Of a stretch of 50,148 nucleotides of DNA, positions 17,976 to 27,555 are shown one piece after another; within the stretch, counting starts at the first letter, position 1; every line of letters begins with the position of its first letter. The stretch lies in IMG/VR virus record IMGVR_UViG_3300025030_001570, positions 1 to 50,148 of that record; one strand, given 5' to 3'. This DNA is from a virus. Its lineage: Duplodnaviria; Caudoviricetes. A model generated the notes under the pieces. That model did no database searches. It was not told where the DNA came from and was given only the letters and a program-made list of their open reading frames with translations. The position numbers were made by a program, and so were the translations under genes.

Positions 17976-18848
17976 TTAATCTGCATATTCAAAGTAGCCC
18001 ACAAGCCAAACATCACTATCATCAATACCTGCGGTAACTTTATATTCAAAAATCTGATTTGTGTCTACTGGCACAATAAATGAAAATCGATGATAAGCTG
18101 AATCAGTTAAAGTGCTCATTGCAATTGTTCCATCATCCGTAGCAGCACTTCCATTTTTTCTAACATAAAAATATAGATTCGGGGCGCCTGCCGTATCTTT
18201 AAACCAACCACGACAAGCAATTGCATAGGTATTAGCCGAAGTATTGGCAGTAACATCAATATCGGTAAAGTTTGTATTAAGTCCGTTAGTAAGGATTTGC
18301 GCAGCATCGTCTAAAGGAACAAACCTTGTCGCTCTGTAATTATTTTCTCCTACCGTAGTTTGGTCTGAGGCGTTTTTATTGATTACATTCTTAGCTGTCC
18401 CAGCAGCGTTCTTTATTTGATAAGGAGTATTGTTTGGGAGCAACACACCATTGTCTTTTAGAAGTACACCGTCTACAGTTACCCCTGCTCCAGAAGTTTT
18501 CTCCGCTATTGAATTGGTAGTATGAGCACCAGCCGTAGTATGTTCTACTTGGAACTGTGTCCATATATTAGAAATTGTGGTGGCTACACTACTATACCAA
18601 TTAGCACCGCCAGTAATATTCTTCAACATCTGAAGGATTTGACCAACACGATTGAGCATACTGGTGGCGGTAGCTCCTGGAGAGGCTTCTGTGCCAGCCG
18701 CAAAAGTATCCCGTAAGTCCTCACCAATAGCGTTTATTTCTAAATTGGGATTATTATGTCCAGTAGCTGTGTGGGCATCAGTCGACAATGTTTTAGTTGG
18801 ATCAAAGGTAGTCTTTTGTGCGGGATCGCTTGCCGGATAATTTGCCAT
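17976..18848 (-). CDS. Tail fibre / spike protein
   Basis: N-terminal MANYP...HNNPNLEINAI attachment-like segment; beta-rich C-terminus ending VWLVGYF. Confidence 0.6.
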   Translation of the reverse strand: MANYPASDPAQKTTFDPTKTLSTDAHTATGHNNPNLEINAIGEDLRDTFAAGTEASPGATATSMLNRVGQILQMLKNITGGANWYSSVATTISNIWTQFQVEHTTAGAHTTNSIAEKTSGAGVTVDGVLLKDNGVLLPNNTPYQIKNAAGTAKNVINKNASDQTTVGENNYRATRFVPLDDAAQILTNGLNTNFTDIDVTANTSANTYAIACRGWFKDTAGAPNLYFYVRKNGSAATDDGTIAMSTLTDSAYHRFSFIVPVDTNQIFEYKVTAGIDDSDVWLVGYFEYAD

Positions 18849-18867
18849 CTTATATTTATTATAACAG

Positions 18868-19074
18868 TTAAGGATAAACTATTTCTTTTATCTTTCCTCC
18901 GATTGGTTTATCTTGATTGGTTTCGTTATCACTCATAGTTGCTGTAGTGTCATCCATTAAAGCCGTAGTATCATCCATTAAGGTAGGCGTAAAAGCACTA
19001 GTAGCAGAAGGAAAAGCGTTTATGTTTCCACCTTCGGGTTTGTCCGATAATATATTACCAGTCTTTTTACCCAT
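18868..19074 (-). CDS. Small probable virion protein with internal repeats
   Basis: MDDTTA twice and DKPxGG twice; own upstream promoter motif. Confidence 0.55.
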   Translation of the reverse strand: MGKKTGNILSDKPEGGNINAFPSATSAFTPTLMDDTTALMDDTTATMSDNETNQDKPIGGKIKEIVYP

Positions 19075-19077
19075 ACA

Positions 19078-21651
19078 TTAAGTATAACTTAATTCTTCTA
19101 TCACGTTTCCTATAGATATATCTGATTTTACAAAGCCGCCAAAGAACTCTCCGATCACATTACCTAGAGTCTCTAATATATAGAATGGCGTGGTCGTAGA
19201 GCTAGTACTAGTACTAGTTGAACTAGTAGATGTAGACGTTGAAGTTGATGTTGTACTACTGGTTGAGCTACTACTAGTCGCTGTTGTCGAAGTTGAGCTA
19301 CTGGAACTGCTACTGCTGGTGGTGCTACTTGTTGACGTGCTAGTGGATGTACTAGAACTGGTACTCGTGCTGGAACTAGTCGAGCTGGTAGTGGAACTGG
19401 TCGAAGAACTGGAGCTAGTACTGCTCGATGTTGACGTGCTAGTTGAAGTAGAACTAGATGTACTGGTGCTAGATGAACTGGTCACAGTAGTCGATGTTGA
19501 ACTGCTAGTAGAAGACGAGCTTGAAGTTGAAGAGCTGGTTGAACTAGAAGTAGCTGACGTAGACGAGCTAGAAGAACTAGTTGAAGACGACGTGGACGAA
19601 CTAGTTGAAGTTGAAGTTGAAGAAGTTACACCAGATGTAGTGGTGGAACTAGAGCTAGTTGAACTACTACTGGTTGAAGTACTTGTCGATGTAGAGCTGG
19701 ACGTACTAGAGCTGGTAGAACTACTGGTTGAGGAGCTGGTAACCGATGTACTAGTGCTGGTACTTGAAGACGTAGAGCTTGAGGTGGAGGAGCTAGTACT
19801 GGTTGACGAAGATGTTGAAGAAGATGTTGAGGTAGTACTACTGCTCGTTGAGCTGGATGTGGAACTACTGGTTGAAGAGCTAGTACTACTGCTAGTACTG
19901 CTAGATGTACTGCTGGATGATGTAGAAGTACTGCTAGACGTACTAGTAGAGGTGCTAGAACTTGTGGCTGAAGTAGATGTACTCGTACTCGAAGAAGTAG
20001 AAGATGAGGTAGAACTACTGGTACTTGTGCTAGACGAAGTAGATGTACTGGTGGATGTTGCGGAAGTTGAGGTTGAAGTGGAACTTGATGTACTACTGCT
20101 TGAACTTGATGAGGTACTGGTACTAGATGAAGTCGATGAACTAGTTGATGAAGATGTAGACGAACTCGTAACTGATGTACTTGTAGATGTTGATGAAGAA
20201 GTGCTACTACTGGTACTACTGGACGTGGACGTAGATGTAGAAGTCGAGCTGCTGGTACTCGAACTTGACGTAGAAGAACTTGTGCTAGTTGATGTAGACG
20301 ATGAACTACTAGTTGAAGTGGAGGTTGTCGTTGTTCCACCGAAAGTTACTCCCCACAAATCTGTTTTCAAAGATATAGATACTGATGGAGCTGTGGTTGT
20401 TGAGCTAGAACTTGTGCTACTTGAACTCGTGCTGGTTGAAGTCGAGGTAGAAGTAGACGAGCTAGTTGACGAGCTGGTACTGGAACTAGTAGATGTAGTG
20501 GTGGTGCTTGTTGAAGTGGTTGTTCCACCTGCTGTATAGGTGGCATAGATGGAGTATTTATTACTTAAATTACTTAAAGTGTTAGGATTTGTAGGACTTG
20601 TATAATTATTATCACTTTCATATTTAATTTCCCCACTTGATCCACTATCTCTATAAATTTGTGAAGCGTTTGTACCACCAACTACTACCCAGGGGACATA
20701 GTCAGTAGCATTAGAAACAGATGGTGGTACAGACATCGTGGAAACAAGCCAAGAAGGCCCACCACTTCCTTGTGCTAACGGGTCTACAATCGAACCAATA
20801 CCATTAGTTAAGATAGTCCAAGTTGTCGGCCCTGCATCCGTAACAAAACCTTTCATTCTTGAACCACCCGTATTATCGTGAGCATAAACAGATACACTAT
20901 CCACAGTACCTGCCGATGAAGTTGTATTATTAACAAAACTTCCCAAGGCGTTATTAGCAGGCCAATTTCCAGCAGCAGCTCCTGCTGTTGTGTATCCAAT
21001 TGTCAATCCCGCAGCGTGTCTTATTGGATAAACCGCTTTATCTAAGAACTCTTGAGGGATAGTAACTGAGAGTATGCCGTTTTCAATGTTTAATTCTCCC
21101 CAAACCCAACTTCCAACACTATCAATTATTTTCGGTCTAAAAATATGGCCGACTTTTCCACATTTGTATTCTTTTCCGCCAACATAATTGACTTTATTTT
21201 CGGAAGCATACACAGCATAAGAACCAACTACATTTTCTGGTCTAGTTGTACCTTGGTCTATTTCTTCTTGAGTTAATTCTGGTTGATAGAAGAAATCCAA
21301 TCCTTTGGTCTCTAAGGTAAATTCAATCTTATTAGTAAGGGGTTTTTCTTTGAGGATAACTTCAAACTCAAAAGCACCTTCGGGATGTTCTTCATTCGAG
21401 GGTATATTATAGAAGTGGGCTTCGGTCTTTTCTCCTTGCCAAAGGATTTTATCTGCTTCTGTTGTTATTGTCGGGGATACCTCATTAGTAATTAATCTAG
21501 CGGATAAATTGACTTCATTATCCCATCTTTGAATCTTGACTTGGGGGTAGAAGTCTGATTGTTTTGAGTCACCAATCTCAATCGCTATACGGTCTTTTGG
21601 ATTGTCTTTCGGTATTGCAAAATATGTACCCCCAGATTTGGTGTAAATCAT
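19078..21651 (-). CDS. Ser/Thr-rich (mucin-like) virion fibre protein, 857 aa
   Basis: Globular N-terminal domains followed by S/T tracts of about 43 and 380 aa. Confidence 0.8.
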   Translation of the reverse strand: MIYTKSGGTYFAIPKDNPKDRIAIEIGDSKQSDFYPQVKIQRWDNEVNLSARLITNEVSPTITTEADKILWQGEKTEAHFYNIPSNEEHPEGAFEFEVILKEKPLTNKIEFTLETKGLDFFYQPELTQEEIDQGTTRPENVVGSYAVYASENKVNYVGGKEYKCGKVGHIFRPKIIDSVGSWVWGELNIENGILSVTIPQEFLDKAVYPIRHAAGLTIGYTTAGAAAGNWPANNALGSFVNNTTSSAGTVDSVSVYAHDNTGGSRMKGFVTDAGPTTWTILTNGIGSIVDPLAQGSGGPSWLVSTMSVPPSVSNATDYVPWVVVGGTNASQIYRDSGSSGEIKYESDNNYTSPTNPNTLSNLSNKYSIYATYTAGGTTTSTSTTTTSTSSSTSSSTSSSTSTSTSTSTSSSSTSSSSTTTAPSVSISLKTDLWGVTFGGTTTTSTSTSSSSSTSTSTSSSTSSSSTSSSTSTSTSTSSSTSSSTSSSTSTSTSVTSSSTSSSTSSSTSSSTSTSSSSSSSTSSSTSTSTSATSTSTSTSSSTSTSSSTSSSTSSSTSTSTSATSSSTSTSTSSSTSTSSSSTSSSTSSSTSSSTSSSTSSSTSSSTTSTSSSTSSSTSTSSSTSSSTSSSTSTSTSVTSSSTSSSTSSSTSSSTSTSTSTSSSSTSSSSTTTSGVTSSTSTSTSSSTSSSTSSSSSSTSATSSSTSSSTSSSSSTSSSTSTTVTSSSSTSTSSSTSTSTSTSSSTSSSSSTSSTTSSTSSSTSTSSSTSTSTSTSSTTSSSSSSSSTSTTATSSSSTSSTTSTSTSTSTSSTSTSTSSTTTPFYILETLGNVIGEFFGGFVKSDISIGNVIEELSYT

Positions 21652-24600
21652 ACCGCCTCCTGATAAATTCTTGCCGAAACTATATTGTTTACATCATAGT
21701 AATCACTCAACCCAGTTGTTTTGATGCCACTTAAAGTAAAATCTGTATTCGCTCCCGTTGTACTATCGCTATCCAAAGTTTCCCAAGTAGTTGTAGTTCG
21801 GTTATATATCTGTAAGTAAACCGTAGAAGCAGATGGTGCTCTATCGGTCTGGCCGTCCCAATTAAGAGTAATTGAATCTGTGCTGTTTGAATGTTTATCT
21901 TTAAATAAAAAGAGAGCAAATTGGTCAGTAGCGGTTTGATTTACCCTGACGCTATCGTCTGTGGCTACATCTATATAGTCTTGAGCACTAAATGCAGTTT
22001 CTAGGTCATTATCATTACTTGGTAAACTAAGCTCATCTCCTCTTGTATATTCTTGTTCTGGTATTAGTGCTGTTGTAGTTGAACTAGAAGAAGTTGAACT
22101 ACTACTGGTAGACGTGCTAGTACTGGTAGAAGTACTACTTGATGTTGATGTGCTAGTACTGGTACTAGTAGAGCTTGTTGTTGATGAGCTGGTAATACTA
22201 GTGGAAGTACTAGTCGATGAGCTAGTGCTTGAGCTTGTTGAACTGGAGGTCGATGTAGATGTAGATGAGCTGGTTGAACTACTTGTAGAACTTGAAGTCG
22301 CACTAGTACTAGTCGAGGTGCTAGAACTTGTGGAGGAGCTAGTACTGGAACTGGTGCTAGTGGAACTTGAAGTACTAGAAGTTGTACTGCTCGTACTTGA
22401 AGATGTAGATGAGCTTGTGCTACTACTGGTTGAACTAGATGTGCTAGATGACGTTGAGCTGCTAGTTGTAGTAACCGATGTCGATGTACTAGTACTTGAA
22501 GAAGTAGAAGATGACGTTGATGAACTTGTACTTGTACTGGTCGAGGTACTAGAAGAGGTGCTAGTTGACGAACTTGTAGTTACTCCTAACGCCGTGGTTG
22601 TAGAGCTGGAAGAAGTAGAACTAGACGAAGTAGAACTAGACGTTGAGGTGCTAGTCGAACTAGAGGTGGAACTACTAGAACTAGTAGACGTGCTTGTGGA
22701 ACTAGAGGTTCCACTAGTTGAGGTCGAGGTGGAACTAGACGTACTACTTGAGGTAGAGCTACTAGTTGAAGTTGAAGAGCTAGTACTCGTACTAGAACTT
22801 GTGCTACTTGATGTAACAGACGTTGATGTAGACGTAGAGCTAGAGGTCGAACTGCTCGTAGACGTAGATGTTGACGTACTAGAACTCGTAGCACTTGTGC
22901 TGGTAGACGTACTGGATGATGTCGAGCTGGATGTACTCGATGACGTGCTGGTGCTTGTACTCGAACTTGTCGAGCTACTAGTAGAACTAGAAGTAACACT
23001 AGTAGACGTGGATGTGGATGAGCTTGTTGAGCTGCTAGTCGACGTACTTGTGCTAGTTGAACTACTTGTTGCCGAGGTACTAGTACTGGTACTTGAGGAA
23101 GTTGATGAGCTGGTCGACGAAGAAGTCGAAGTACTCGAACTGGTGCTACTACTAGTAACCGATGTTGAGGTTGAAGTCGAACTACTAGTGCTGCTACTAG
23201 TACTAGAGGATGTCGATGTAGAACTAGAGCTACTAGTGCTTGAACTGGTACTAGAGCTAGTTACTGATGTGCTAGTACTGGTTGAAGAACTAGTGGAGCT
23301 ACTGGTGCTACTGCTCGTTGAGGTTGAAGTAGACGAGCTGGTTGAAGATGTGGTTGAGGAAGTAGTAACGCTGGTTGATGTTGATGTCGAGCTACTAGTA
23401 CTACTAGAGGTACTTGAACTGGTAGAGGTAGAACTGCTCGTGGCCGAGGTAGAAGTAGATGTACTGGAGCTAGTTGAACTAGACGTAGAGGAACTGGTAC
23501 TTGTAGAACTGGATGTGCTACTGGTCGTTGATGATGTACTAGAGCTGGTGCTAGACGAAGTCGAACTACTGGTGCTAGTACTGGTGCTAGTTGACGTACT
23601 GCTAGAGCTGGATGTAGCAGAGGTAGACGTTGAAGTAGAGGAGCTTGTGCTACTACTGGTTGAACTACTTGTAGACGAGGACGTGGCACTGGTGCTAGTA
23701 GAAGTAGATGAGCTGGTACTACTGCTTGTCGATGAGCTTGTAGACGATGAAGTCGTGGACGAGCTAGTACTAGTCGATGTTGAGGTGGAAGTGGACGTAC
23801 TCGTCGATGTGGAAGTAGATGTAGATGTAGTACCCGCCGCCGCTGTTATCTTCACCTCGGCATAGTTAATTATATTTGATTCACTAACATTGTTATTAAA
23901 CAAACAGATATATAGATAACCGCTGGCGTCTATAAAATTTGTTAAGTTAGTTAACAAAATACCGTGAAAGTACCAAGCTGCTGTCTTGACAGAACGTTCT
24001 AACTCAATCCAAACGCTATTAGTGGAATCCCAGATCGCCAGCCACTCTTTTCCCGTGCCAGCGGAGTAGCCCAAAACTTTAACTGCAATTTGGTTTATAT
24101 TGGCTTCTGTCTCCGAAATGGCAAACCTGCACCAAAAGACCGAGTTGTCACCCGCTCCTGGATCAAGCAACGTCCAAAGATTAGCGTCATCGGCTTCTAT
24201 CAGATCATATTGGGCGGAACTAGCCTCAGCGTCATTGGCATAGCCAGCAATACCTGTCCTTAAATTAGGGGTGCCTGTGGCCGTACCATCAGAGGTCAAA
24301 GTATCAAGCTCTAATCCGACTATTGGATCGCCAAATCTGGGCGGTGGGTCGGTCGGTGCGGAAACATCAACTTCAAAATCTCTGGCAACGTGGGTAGAAC
24401 TTGGGTTATTTATCCCGACGAAATTATAGGTAGAAGTAGACCCAGAACCCTGTGTCCTGTATTCCACCAACGCCCATATGTTTGAGAACCAAACATCAGG
24501 AGCGGCATCTGGAGTAGTTACCCCAATTTGCCCATTATCTAAGTCAGTAGTTGTCCATTGACCACCAGAATCAGGCAACCTATAAGCTGTTAATTTATAT

Positions 24601-25538
24601 TGTTTATTAAGGGCAGTATCATCGTTAGTATTAAACGAAGCACTAGCAATGGCGGTTGTAGTCCCCTGCAATCTAGTACCGCTGGCCGCTTTCTTGATGA
24701 CGGGGGCATAACTACAACTGGTAGCAGTCTCCCCCCTGACTCTAACCCCAACCTGTACTAAAGTAATTGGATCGCCAGCGGTTATGCCAGCAGTGGAACT
24801 ACTCTCCATATTGTATTCGGCGAACTGGGCATTAGTATCAACCTCGATATAATCCGCATCATTTGGAGGCACTTCCTCAATGTCCGAGAACAAACCCGCC
24901 GTAGCCGCATTATCCCCAGCGGAGTCTGGATGTATATGGACTATTTTTCCTTCGCCTGGGAAATCCGTTTGATGATCGTTGGTACTGTCATTAACAGCAA
25001 TATCATCAAAATAGGCATCCATCGTAGCGGAGTCAAAAACTCCAATACGGATACCCCGCATATTATTGCCGTTTTGGTGTGCGAACGTTCCACCAGCAAA
25101 AAAATCGCCATCAATAGCCGCCCAGCCAGCCCCAGCCTCGTGCGACCACTCAATCCTATACCAAGTGTCTAAACTAAGGGCTGGAGAATCAGAACCGACT
25201 TGAGCTAAAGTTTCATTCCAAAACTCTAAAGTCCCATTTGAATTAACTCGGATATTCGTTCCTCCACCAGCCAACGAGTCAAAGAAGTAACCAATGGTTG
25301 TTAGTCCTGCAGGGAAAGAGGTGAAGCGGACGTACATTCTAGCAAAGGCGGGAGTACTATCAGTTGGTCTATAAGCGTGCGAGATATATGCCGTAGTACT
25401 GGAAACATTACAGCGCAGAGAGGCAGCACCACTTCGTTTAATTGTTGTGTTTATTGTCGGAGAATTAACAACAGCATCAAATTCCACTCCCGCTGTTACT
25501 GATTGTAGCTCTATACCGCTCGACCAAAGCCTAGCCAT
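21648..25538 (-). CDS. Giant Ser/Thr-rich (mucin-like) virion fibre protein, 1296 aa
   Basis: Beta-sandwich/lectin-like N-terminal domains, an S/T tract of about 590 aa, and a C-terminal domain of about 140 aa. Confidence 0.8.
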   Translation of the reverse strand: MARLWSSGIELQSVTAGVEFDAVVNSPTINTTIKRSGAASLRCNVSSTTAYISHAYRPTDSTPAFARMYVRFTSFPAGLTTIGYFFDSLAGGGTNIRVNSNGTLEFWNETLAQVGSDSPALSLDTWYRIEWSHEAGAGWAAIDGDFFAGGTFAHQNGNNMRGIRIGVFDSATMDAYFDDIAVNDSTNDHQTDFPGEGKIVHIHPDSAGDNAATAGLFSDIEEVPPNDADYIEVDTNAQFAEYNMESSSTAGITAGDPITLVQVGVRVRGETATSCSYAPVIKKAASGTRLQGTTTAIASASFNTNDDTALNKQYKLTAYRLPDSGGQWTTTDLDNGQIGVTTPDAAPDVWFSNIWALVEYRTQGSGSTSTYNFVGINNPSSTHVARDFEVDVSAPTDPPPRFGDPIVGLELDTLTSDGTATGTPNLRTGIAGYANDAEASSAQYDLIEADDANLWTLLDPGAGDNSVFWCRFAISETEANINQIAVKVLGYSAGTGKEWLAIWDSTNSVWIELERSVKTAAWYFHGILLTNLTNFIDASGYLYICLFNNNVSESNIINYAEVKITAAAGTTSTSTSTSTSTSTSTSTSTSTSSSTTSSSTSSSTSSSTSSSTSTSTSATSSSTSSSTSSSTSSSTSTSTSATSSSSSTSTSTSTSTSSSTSSSTSSSTSSTTSSTSSSTSTSSSTSSSTSSSTSTSTSATSSSTSTSSSTSSSTSSSTSTSTSVTTSSTTSSTSSSTSTSTSSSTSSSTSSSTSTSTSVTSSSTSSSTSSSSSTSTSSSTSSSTSSSTSTSTSVTSSSTSSSTSTSSSTSSSTSSSTSTSTSATSSSTSTSTSTSSSTSSSTSTSTSVTSSSTSSSTSSSTSTSTSSSTSSSTSSSTSTSTSATSSSTSTSTSTSSSTSSSTSTSTSVTSSSTSSSTSTSSSTSTSSSTSSSTSSSTSTSTSGTSSSTSTSTSSSSSTSSSTSTSTSSSTSSSSTSSSSTTTALGVTTSSSTSTSSSTSTSTSTSSSTSSSTSSSTSTSTSVTTTSSSTSSSTSSSTSSSTSSSTSSSTSSTTSSTSSSTSTSSSTSSSTSSSTSTSTSATSSSTSSSTSSSTSTSTSSSTSSSTSSSTSTSTSITSSSTTSSTSTSTSTSTSSSTSTSTSTSTSSSSTSSSSTTTALIPEQEYTRGDELSLPSNDNDLETAFSAQDYIDVATDDSVRVNQTATDQFALFLFKDKHSNSTDSITLNWDGQTDRAPSASTVYLQIYNRTTTTWETLDSDSTTGANTDFTLSGIKTTGLSDYYDVNNIVSARIYQEAV

Positions 25539-25541
25539 AAA

Positions 25542-25970
25542 TTAAATAAATTTTGATAAAATATCTCCAGTAGTATCCGAATTTATATCGATTACCCAAA
25601 CCTTCTCAGGGTACAACGTATCGGAAAGCCATCGCCTTAAACGTGCTTCAAGTTCTGTATAAGAATATTCTTGTTCGTCTGCCCATAAAATCTGAAAAGC
25701 TGGAAATAGTGTTGAATCGGTAGATAACACAGTAATCTTATCTTTGATGGCCTTAGGAATTTTCCTGCCAACTATAATATATGTTTTGACTTTAATTTCA
25801 GGGCTTATCCCTTTGAGAATAAAGTCACCTAATTCTTGGTTCTTAATCTCTACAAGACTATTAACTGTATCAACAATATTCTGGATTTTAACCCCATTAC
25901 TGTTAGTAACAGAATTGTCAATAATTATTCCAATAGCATAGCTTGGCCGTTCATCACGATTAAAAGACAT
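25542..25970 (-). CDS. Hypothetical protein
   Basis: 142-aa ORF with promoter motif and AAAGGA SD. Confidence 0.65.
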   Translation of the reverse strand: MSFNRDERPSYAIGIIIDNSVTNSNGVKIQNIVDTVNSLVEIKNQELGDFILKGISPEIKVKTYIIVGRKIPKAIKDKITVLSTDSTLFPAFQILWADEQEYSYTELEARLRRWLSDTLYPEKVWVIDINSDTTGDILSKFI

Positions 25971-26012
25971 AATATATTCCTTTCTTTAAGTATAACTTAG
26001 TAGGGGTTATAT

Positions 26013-27194
26013 CTAGTTTGAGGCTTTGAGGTTGTTATAGAGAGCTAACGCATCAGGATCGTTAATCTCTAAATCACCTATAAATACCTTACCATCTACT
26101 TCTTTCAATTCAAACTCACGGGTAAACGATAAGTGCTTGCCGTAGAGTTCATCGTTTTTTATATCCCAAGCACGCCTTATATGAGGGCTACCCTTTTTAT
26201 CTGGCCGACAACTACCATCACAATCTGGTTCTTTACCAGTACCTATTAGATCATCAAAGGTTCTTTTTTGGTTGGTTACAATATATTCCCGATGGGGTCT
26301 GGCTTCTTCCATAGCCTCATCGTAAAGTTTCTTCCAAAGAGCTTTAGCCTCTGGTTTATTTTGGTAATAAGTCATTAAGGTAGGAATAGTGTACCTATCG
26401 CCACTAATAATGTAAGTAGCGATGAAGTAGTTGTGGATTAAGTTGAGGGAGTTATAGTTGTATCCCCTGCCGAACATCGAATGGTACATATGAGTTTTCA
26501 TATCAACCATACAACCCTCTCCAAGCATCCAAGATGCTATACAAAAAGATAATTCTCCGCCACCATACTCCCTTAAATAAGGGTTATAACCACCAATCTT
26601 AAAATACTCATCTCTTTTGATCGCAAAGTAAGCGTGTCCTAAAGCACCGATATAAAATGGTTGAGTGTTGTCAAAGACTCTCATATTCGTCCAAGTGCCA
26701 TAAATTCCCTTCTCCCCAAACTTTATTGAATACTGCACGCCCTGGCGGATATTTGGACTCCCCCAATAATCCATAGTGGAATGAACATGGCTAACAGAAT
26801 ATTTCTCCAATGTATCTATCAGATTGGTAATTGAGTCTGGTTCTACTTGAATATGGGCATCAGCAAATACTAAATACTTGGCAGTTGCTACATTTCTTAC
26901 AGCCCAATCCCTAGCCGAGACGTTGCCAATCCAGGGGTAATAATATACATAAACATAACCTCTAGCTACCAATCCTCGCAAGGCGGGTTCGCCAAAACGA
27001 TTCTCAATAAAATAACGTGAAGAATAATCAGTACTGCCATTATCAATAATTAGTATCCGCCAAGAATAAGGAGAAGCTTCTAACGCAAAAATTAGACTGT
27101 GAATAGTCGAAGTCAAATCGTGAGATTCATTTCTTGTTCCTATAATAACCTCTAAATCAACTTCTTCGTGAGGGTTAAACTTTTCCTGTGTCAA
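26013..27194 (-). CDS. GT-A glycosyltransferase with polypeptide-GalNAc-transferase (GT27)-like motifs
   Basis: VII..RNE...TIHS, IIDNGSTD, G..SAR, VFADAH (DxH), YFAIKRDEYFKIGGY...YGGGE...W..G...YH. Confidence 0.8.
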   Translation of the reverse strand: MTQEKFNPHEEVDLEVIIGTRNESHDLTSTIHSLIFALEASPYSWRILIIDNGSTDYSSRYFIENRFGEPALRGLVARGYVYVYYYPWIGNVSARDWAVRNVATAKYLVFADAHIQVEPDSITNLIDTLEKYSVSHVHSTMDYWGSPNIRQGVQYSIKFGEKGIYGTWTNMRVFDNTQPFYIGALGHAYFAIKRDEYFKIGGYNPYLREYGGGELSFCIASWMLGEGCMVDMKTHMYHSMFGRGYNYNSLNLIHNYFIATYIISGDRYTIPTLMTYYQNKPEAKALWKKLYDEAMEEARPHREYIVTNQKRTFDDLIGTGKEPDCDGSCRPDKKGSPHIRRAWDIKNDELYGKHLSFTREFELKEVDGKVFIGDLEINDPDALALYNNLKASN

Positions 27195-27555
27195 ATGGCC
27201 TCTCCTTTGTTTTATCGTAGATTTTAGTCATCGCCTCAATCAGTATCGAATCCTTCTTCATCTTAAATGAATGAGCAAAGTACGGTGGTATTTTAATCGG
27301 ACTCATTCTAAACATATCAAAAGTGGTCTTTTCCTTAGTCTTTACATCAATAATGGTTACCTCCGCCTCTCCTTTAGCCAGATAAAAATACTCGTCAGCG
27401 GCAGTACTGTAGTGGTTGCCAAGAATTGAATCCTCTTTAACATGAAGAACTTTAATGTTATGGATTGATATATTCAGATCACTAAAGAATTCTACTAAGT
27501 CTCTTCTTTTATCTGAACCAACAAAGGTTACATAAGAGAAATCAGTTTGTTCCAT
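27175..27555 (-). CDS. Cupin sugar isomerase/epimerase (FdtA/WxcM/RmlC-like)
   Basis: DKRR, GNHY...EYFYLAKG, IPPYFAHSF. Confidence 0.75.
   Translation of the reverse strand: MEQTDFSYVTFVGSDKRRDLVEFFSDLNISIHNIKVLHVKEDSILGNHYSTAADEYFYLAKGEAEVTIIDVKTKEKTTFDMFRMSPIKIPPYFAHSFKMKKDSILIEAMTKIYDKTKERPFDTGKV

Noticed and set aside
19626-23689. Alternative-frame - strand ORFs rich in L/V/P/Q/H within the S/T tracts
   Set aside because: Frame-shifted shadows of low-complexity Ser/Thr codons with no start signals
22114-23865. 583-aa + strand ORF of almost only V/E/L/D (and the 449-aa ORF 19190..20539)
   Set aside because: Automatic shadow: antisense to ACN/TCN/AGY codons in this register gives only GTN/GAN/CTN, which can never be a stop
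19078-25538. Diversity-generating retroelement acting on the fibres
   Set aside because: No reverse transcriptase and no TR/VR pair with adenine-specific mismatches noticed
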